Origin: a virus
Taxonomy: Duplodnaviria > Caudoviricetes
Direction: 5' to 3' (one strand)
DNA: 61,873 nt
Virus record (IMG/VR): IMGVR_UViG_3300025083_000021
Location: 1-61,873 of that record
Shown here: positions 57,471 to 61,873 of the stretch, piece after piece
How the letters are laid out: every line of letters starts with the position of its first letter
Numbering within the stretch: the first letter of the stretch is position 1
Made by a program: the position numbers and the translations under genes
Notes under the pieces: generated by a model
Seen by the model: the letters and a program-made list of their open reading frames with translations, nothing else
The model's database searches: none
Told to the model about the DNA's origin: nothing

Positions 57471-59687
57471 TTATGTACATATAGTTGTAAGAGCATTATT
57501 TAATGAAGCTGCATTTGATGTAATATCAAATGTACCGCCTGTTGCTATCGCAAAGTCAGCCCATGGAGTTGTTGTTGTTCCTCCAGCATCTGTATAAGTT
57601 CGAGCTGCTCCATTACCTAATACAATAACTTTAATACCATCTATTAAACATTGTTGTTGTAATGATGCTAATTCAGCTACAGATGTTGCATCAAATACTC
57701 CATTACCACTACTTGGTAATTCATCTGTTATAACTACAGCAACCTTTGAAGCTAATGGTCTTAAAGCACCAAATGTTAAAGAACCTGAAATAGCTACTGA
57801 TAATAATGCACCAGTAGGTTGTGTTCCAGCCACATCAGTTCCTAATGGCCAATCAACAGTATCTAATTTATTTAACTGTGTATCAAATGTTGCACCATTA
57901 TTAGTCTGGAATACTTCAACAGTAGTAAGATAAGCATATAACGATGGAGCACCTGGGAATGCACTTACACTTTTTTGACCTGCTGGTAATGCTGTATATT
58001 CTACTGATGCATTATAACTTGGTGTTATTCCTGCTCCTTGATCTGTAATGCCTAATCCAATTCTGTAATCATTTACACCAGATAAAGTAGCTATTTGTGT
58101 AGCAATTGAAGAAGCATTCGTTTTAAAATCTGCAACTATAGGTTGCATTAAGTTAGCATCACAATAATCAAATAATATTGCTACATCCATTCCTTGATTA
58201 CATGCTATAAATGCAAAGTTAGTAGTAAATGATGCAGTATTTGTACAAACTTTTGTTACTCCACCTTTTTCTACTGTAACTCTTACAGTATAAGTAGAAC
58301 CTGGAGTTAAACCTCCAAATGTATTTGTTACTGTAACACCAGGAGTATTTTGTATAAATGTATCTACAACTACACCCGCACTATCTAATATATCTATAGT
58401 ATATATTGCAGAAGTACCTATTAAATTTGTAAAATCTACCGTTGCATCTTCTGTAGTTACCCCTGTTACATTTATAATTGCAGGACATGGGACAATACCT
58501 GGTACTGTTCCTGCTGCAACATCACTACACGTATCAGATCCATTTGTAACACAAAATGCTACAGATGTTGTAAGATCTTGTGAAGTATTTAATGCTGCAG
58601 TAGAAATATTTATACCAGCAGCATTACTTTGTAATGAGCTTACATTTACGGTACTTGTTATTGCTGCACCAAGTGCATCTGTAATAGTAACAACAGTGCT
58701 TCCTGCACAATCATTAAATGCAGCAGGAATACTTGAAGATGTAAAATCAAAGTTTAATGTATCAATTTCACCAGATGTATTAATTACACCATTTGCAACA
58801 TACCCAAATGTTACAGCATCACAACCTGATGGACAACAGTTAAGTTGAATATTTTGTATTGCCGTATACATATCATCTATAACAACCCAAGCATTTTGAA
58901 AACTTTCAGATAAAGTGCTTGGAGAAGCATTCCATCCTGTAATAGATCCATATGTTACTGCATTATTAGTTAATGTAGTATTTGAACTTACAATTACTGT
59001 TTGACTTATTGCTGAGTTAATTGCTGCTGGTAAACCTACAGCATTCTCTAATGCACAAAAACGTGCTTCTATAGCAAGTACTAAAACTGAAACATCTGTT
59101 AATACACTAGGTAATATACATGTAGGAATAATTTGTTTTTCTACTACAACACCTGAACATGGTAATACACATGCTTCAAGAATAGCTATTCTATCTCCAT
59201 AAGAAGTTAATGTAGATTGAATAGATGATATTGTAGTTAATATATCACAAACCTTATTTGCTATTAATGTTGCAAATAAATCAAGTCTTAGTTGTGTTAC
59301 TGGATTTCCTCCTGCATCAGGATATTGAAGACAAAGAGGTAATGTCATTATAGGAAGGTTATCTTGTACATAATCTTCAGGAGGTAAATTACTTCCTGAA
59401 TCTGCACAAATAGAATTAACCATTTCCTGTAAAACAGGAACTAATGTAGTTGGAGTTGTACCTGGAATATTTAAACATGTTAGGTCTAACCCATCAAGAT
59501 TAGGATTTGCAGTTACACCACTTGTAATTAAATCACATACCTCAGTAGCTAATTTATATGTTACTTCGCTTATAGTATCTCCATTACAAAGATCTATACA
59601 ACTAATATCTGGACCTTGCCATATAACACAATTAGATGAAATACTATCACATCCATTTGTCATATTACTTGAATTACTTGGAATCAT
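57471..59687 (-). CDS. Fibre/collar-like protein: Cys-rich repeats, FN3 and C-terminal VWA-like domain
   Basis: CDSISSNCVIWQG, FGGLTPGSTYTVRV, and MDVAILFD...YRIGL...KVAVVITDELP...IKVIVLG. Confidence 0.7.
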   Translation of the reverse strand: MIPSNSSNMTNGCDSISSNCVIWQGPDISCIDLCNGDTISEVTYKLATEVCDLITSGVTANPNLDGLDLTCLNIPGTTPTTLVPVLQEMVNSICADSGSNLPPEDYVQDNLPIMTLPLCLQYPDAGGNPVTQLRLDLFATLIANKVCDILTTISSIQSTLTSYGDRIAILEACVLPCSGVVVEKQIIPTCILPSVLTDVSVLVLAIEARFCALENAVGLPAAINSAISQTVIVSSNTTLTNNAVTYGSITGWNASPSTLSESFQNAWVVIDDMYTAIQNIQLNCCPSGCDAVTFGYVANGVINTSGEIDTLNFDFTSSSIPAAFNDCAGSTVVTITDALGAAITSTVNVSSLQSNAAGINISTAALNTSQDLTTSVAFCVTNGSDTCSDVAAGTVPGIVPCPAIINVTGVTTEDATVDFTNLIGTSAIYTIDILDSAGVVVDTFIQNTPGVTVTNTFGGLTPGSTYTVRVTVEKGGVTKVCTNTASFTTNFAFIACNQGMDVAILFDYCDANLMQPIVADFKTNASSIATQIATLSGVNDYRIGLGITDQGAGITPSYNASVEYTALPAGQKSVSAFPGAPSLYAYLTTVEVFQTNNGATFDTQLNKLDTVDWPLGTDVAGTQPTGALLSVAISGSLTFGALRPLASKVAVVITDELPSSGNGVFDATSVAELASLQQQCLIDGIKVIVLGNGAARTYTDAGGTTTTPWADFAIATGGTFDITSNAASLNNALTTICT

Positions 59688-59795
59688 AAATATATATTAA
59701 TATGATGTATTACATTGTTGTAACACATATAGTTATAATATACAAGATTTTTTTAAATCAAACAAGTATCATTTATTATAAATACTTTTTTAAAT

Positions 59796-59836
59796 AAAAA
59801 AGCCTCTCAAGTACTTATTAAAAGTCTTAAGAGGCT
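59796..59836 (-). terminator. Intrinsic terminator
   Basis: AGCCTCT...AGAGGCT stem (59801-59836) with a T-run on the - strand. Confidence 0.65.
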
Positions 59837-59857
59837 GTGAAAAAGATATAAACCTAA

Positions 59858-60109
59858 TTATTTTTTTACTTCCTCTATTGGAGATATTTCACCTGTTTCT
59901 AAATTTACATTAACACTACCATATTTAGATTCAAGTTTTTTAGTATTATCATCCCAATCTTCTTTAAGAGATGCGTATAAATTAGATAAAGCTTGTTTAT
60001 TAACTTCTATATTACCAATTTCCATTACAACTTTATCTAAAGATGTTTTTTTAGATATAACATCCTCTAATTCTTTTTTTGTAAGTTTGGTTTTTTTACT
60101 TTTACTCAT
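59858..60109 (-). CDS. Small coiled-coil protein of the fibre region
   Basis: 83 aa ending LESKYGSVNVNLETGEI. Confidence 0.65.
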   Translation of the reverse strand: MSKSKKTKLTKKELEDVISKKTSLDKVVMEIGNIEVNKQALSNLYASLKEDWDDNTKKLESKYGSVNVNLETGEISPIEEVKK

Positions 60110-60245
60110 CTTCTTTTTCTTTTACATCTGCTGGAAATACTTCTTTTAAAGCTGTAATAATAACCGCTGTATCATTTAAATTATAACAACCTTTTTGAAC
60201 TGCTATATCTATAGCATCTACAATTATTTTTATTTTATCTTGCAT
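60102..60245 (-). CDS. 47-aa protein (not in ORF track)
   Basis: MQDKIKIIVDAIDIAVQKGCYNLNDTAVIITALKEVFPADVKEKEDE*; overlaps the next start by 8 nt; TATATTTG upstream. Confidence 0.6.
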   Translation of the reverse strand: MQDKIKIIVDAIDIAVQKGCYNLNDTAVIITALKEVFPADVKEKEDE

Positions 60246-60280
60246 AGAACAAATATAATAATTTTTTTTTAATTAAAAAA

Positions 60281-60619
60281 TTACCAAGGTAAAGGTTTAA
60301 CAGTAGGAACTACAGGAGGATTGATTTTAGCGTCAATTTGCCCACCTACCGCTGCTTCATAATCAGCAACACCTTGAGGTCCCAACATTTCTTTTATCCA
60401 ACTAACTATAATTTCATTAGTTAAATCTTCAAAAGGAATAAAATCACTACCTTCAGAAACTTTAAATGATGCGTTGTTAGTTCTTAAGGTATATGAGTAT
60501 TCTGTACCATTTACCTCTTCTGTACCCGATACATCAAATAATGCATCAACTACATAATCTTTCATGTTGTCTATATCCTTTACTAAAAGATTTTCTACTG
60601 TCCAAGTATAATTTTTCAT
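60281..60619 (-). CDS. Tail-fibre-associated protein; paralog of 61510..61848
   Basis: NYTW...KD...DYVV...DFIPFEDLTNEIIVSW...IDAKINP. Confidence 0.65.
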   Translation of the reverse strand: MKNYTWTVENLLVKDIDNMKDYVVDALFDVSGTEEVNGTEYSYTLRTNNASFKVSEGSDFIPFEDLTNEIIVSWIKEMLGPQGVADYEAAVGGQIDAKINPPVVPTVKPLPW

Positions 60620-60646
60620 ATTTTTTATTTTTTAAACTAGTTATTA

Positions 60647-61489
60647 TTAAGGTGCTAACATTATCTTTTTAGTAACTCCATTAATTCTCACTTCCCAAGT
60701 TTCTGCTGCCGCACCTGTATAAGCAGTAATTGTTCCTAAAGGAGTTCCCGATGAGCCTATAGAAAACTGATTATCTGCATTAGCTTCAGCTCCTTTTCCT
60801 ATTACAACACAATTGTCTCTATTTTTATGATTTGCGTGTATACCTAAAACAGTATTATTATTTCCTGTGCTTGAACCACTAAAAGATGGACCTTCTCCTG
60901 TATATGGACCTACAAATGTATTACCATCACCGCTAGTTAAAGAAACACCTGCTCTATATCCAAATGAAACATTTTCTGAACCAACTGCATTTACGTAGTT
61001 TGCTCCCTGACCCATTGATGTGTTGTTATTTCCTGTAACATTAGAATAACCCGCAACAACACCAACAGCATTATTTTGATTACCTATGGTATTATTATTT
61101 AATGCAACAACACCAAAACCTGAGTTATCACTTCCTGTAGTATTGTTTATTAATGCATCTCTGCCGACTCCTGTATTGTAGTTACCTGATAAATTTGCTT
61201 CAAGTGCTTTACTACCTACTGCAGTATTACCTACTCCACTTACATTATTTATAAAAGCATCTTTTCCAAAAAAAGTATTGTCTCCGGATGTTCCAACAAT
61301 AGGAGCAATATAGTTTGTAACAAAATCTTTTGCTGTGATAAGTGTTACATCTTCTGACGGGCTTGGTCCTGATAAACCAAGAGATCCTGATTTCTTACCT
61401 CCTAACGGGATTAAATCTGTGTCTTTTGCATCTACAACAACCTTTTTTCTTTTTAAAAGGCCTAGTAAGTCTGTTAATATTTGATTCAT
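60647..61489 (-). CDS. Tail fibre/spike with 14-aa N-T-A-V-G beta-solenoid repeats
   Basis: Repeats NTFFG, NTAVG, NTGVG, NSGFG, NNAVG, NTSMG, NVSFG, NTFVG and NTVLG. Confidence 0.7.
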   Translation of the reverse strand: MNQILTDLLGLLKRKKVVVDAKDTDLIPLGGKKSGSLGLSGPSPSEDVTLITAKDFVTNYIAPIVGTSGDNTFFGKDAFINNVSGVGNTAVGSKALEANLSGNYNTGVGRDALINNTTGSDNSGFGVVALNNNTIGNQNNAVGVVAGYSNVTGNNNTSMGQGANYVNAVGSENVSFGYRAGVSLTSGDGNTFVGPYTGEGPSFSGSSTGNNNTVLGIHANHKNRDNCVVIGKGAEANADNQFSIGSSGTPLGTITAYTGAAAETWEVRINGVTKKIMLAP

Positions 61490-61509
61490 AATTTTACTAT
61501 ATTAAAAAA

Positions 61510-61848
61510 TTACTCAGACTCTCCTATGGTCAAAGTAACACTTGTGGGGTTAATTAAATTATCTATTTCAGACTGAATACCAGCCTCAATACCATCTACC
61601 TGTTCCTCGCCCATTGTTGATTTAGTCCAACTTACTACCTGTTCGTTAGTCAATTCATCAAAAGGAATAAAATCCGTTATCTCACTAGTATCCAATATTT
61701 GCGTACCAATACTAGTAGCTGAATAAGTAACACCTTCAGAGTCTGAAGTTCCTGTTACAATCCAATGTACATTGTACACTACATCTGTGTAATCTCCATC
61801 TTTTGGATAAGCGTCTACTGTTTTACAGTTCCAATTATAATTTGTCAT
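61510..61848 (-). CDS. Tail-fibre-associated protein; paralog of 60281..60619
   Basis: NYNW...KD...DVVY...DFIPFDELTNEQVVSW...IDNLINP. Confidence 0.65.
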   Translation of the reverse strand: MTNYNWNCKTVDAYPKDGDYTDVVYNVHWIVTGTSDSEGVTYSATSIGTQILDTSEITDFIPFDELTNEQVVSWTKSTMGEEQVDGIEAGIQSEIDNLINPTSVTLTIGESE

Positions 61849-61873
61849 AATTTTTTTTTTATTTTTTTAAATC

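Noticed and set aside
1-61873. Stop-codon reassignment (TAG or TGA), known in some crAss-like phages
   Set aside because: Very long ORFs are intact in the standard code, and TAG and TGA end genes at tight junctions (e.g. 4555, 17505, 17507, and the ATGA overlaps).
1-61873. tRNA genes, integrase or transposase
   Set aside because: No cloverleaf or T-loop signatures seen in the short intergenic gaps and no recombinase motifs. Checked by eye only; tRNAscan-SE would be decisive.

Overview
This window is an AT-rich, densely coding fragment of a crAss-like (Crassvirales-type) podovirus of Bacteroidota, read in the standard genetic code. The + strand at 1-11.5 kb is a replication and metabolism block: MoxR AAA ATPase, PD-(D/E)XK nuclease, family B DNA polymerase, PhoH, DUF5664-like protein, acyl-CoA thioesterase, spore photoproduct lyase-like radical SAM enzyme, DUF932 protein and a secreted repeat protein. 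The - strand at 11.5-14.1 kb holds membrane and holin genes and a chain of overlapping micro-ORFs. A + strand class I ribonucleotide reductase island (14.2-17.5 kb) interrupts the long - strand virion module (17.5-61.8 kb). That module encodes three giant cargo proteins, including a 4462-aa virion RNA polymerase with a DFDID motif. It also encodes three putative internal proteins, a tail nozzle protein, ring proteins, an HU/IHF-like protein, a metallophosphoesterase and fibre genes. The most striking signal is a short [K/M/P]-[A/Y/M/K/L]-x-x-G(G) peptide motif repeated about 25 times across four or five late proteins. It falls at domain and mini-module boundaries, which suggests a polyprotein processing or capsid-loading signal system. 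All calls come from reading motifs by eye; no searches were run.
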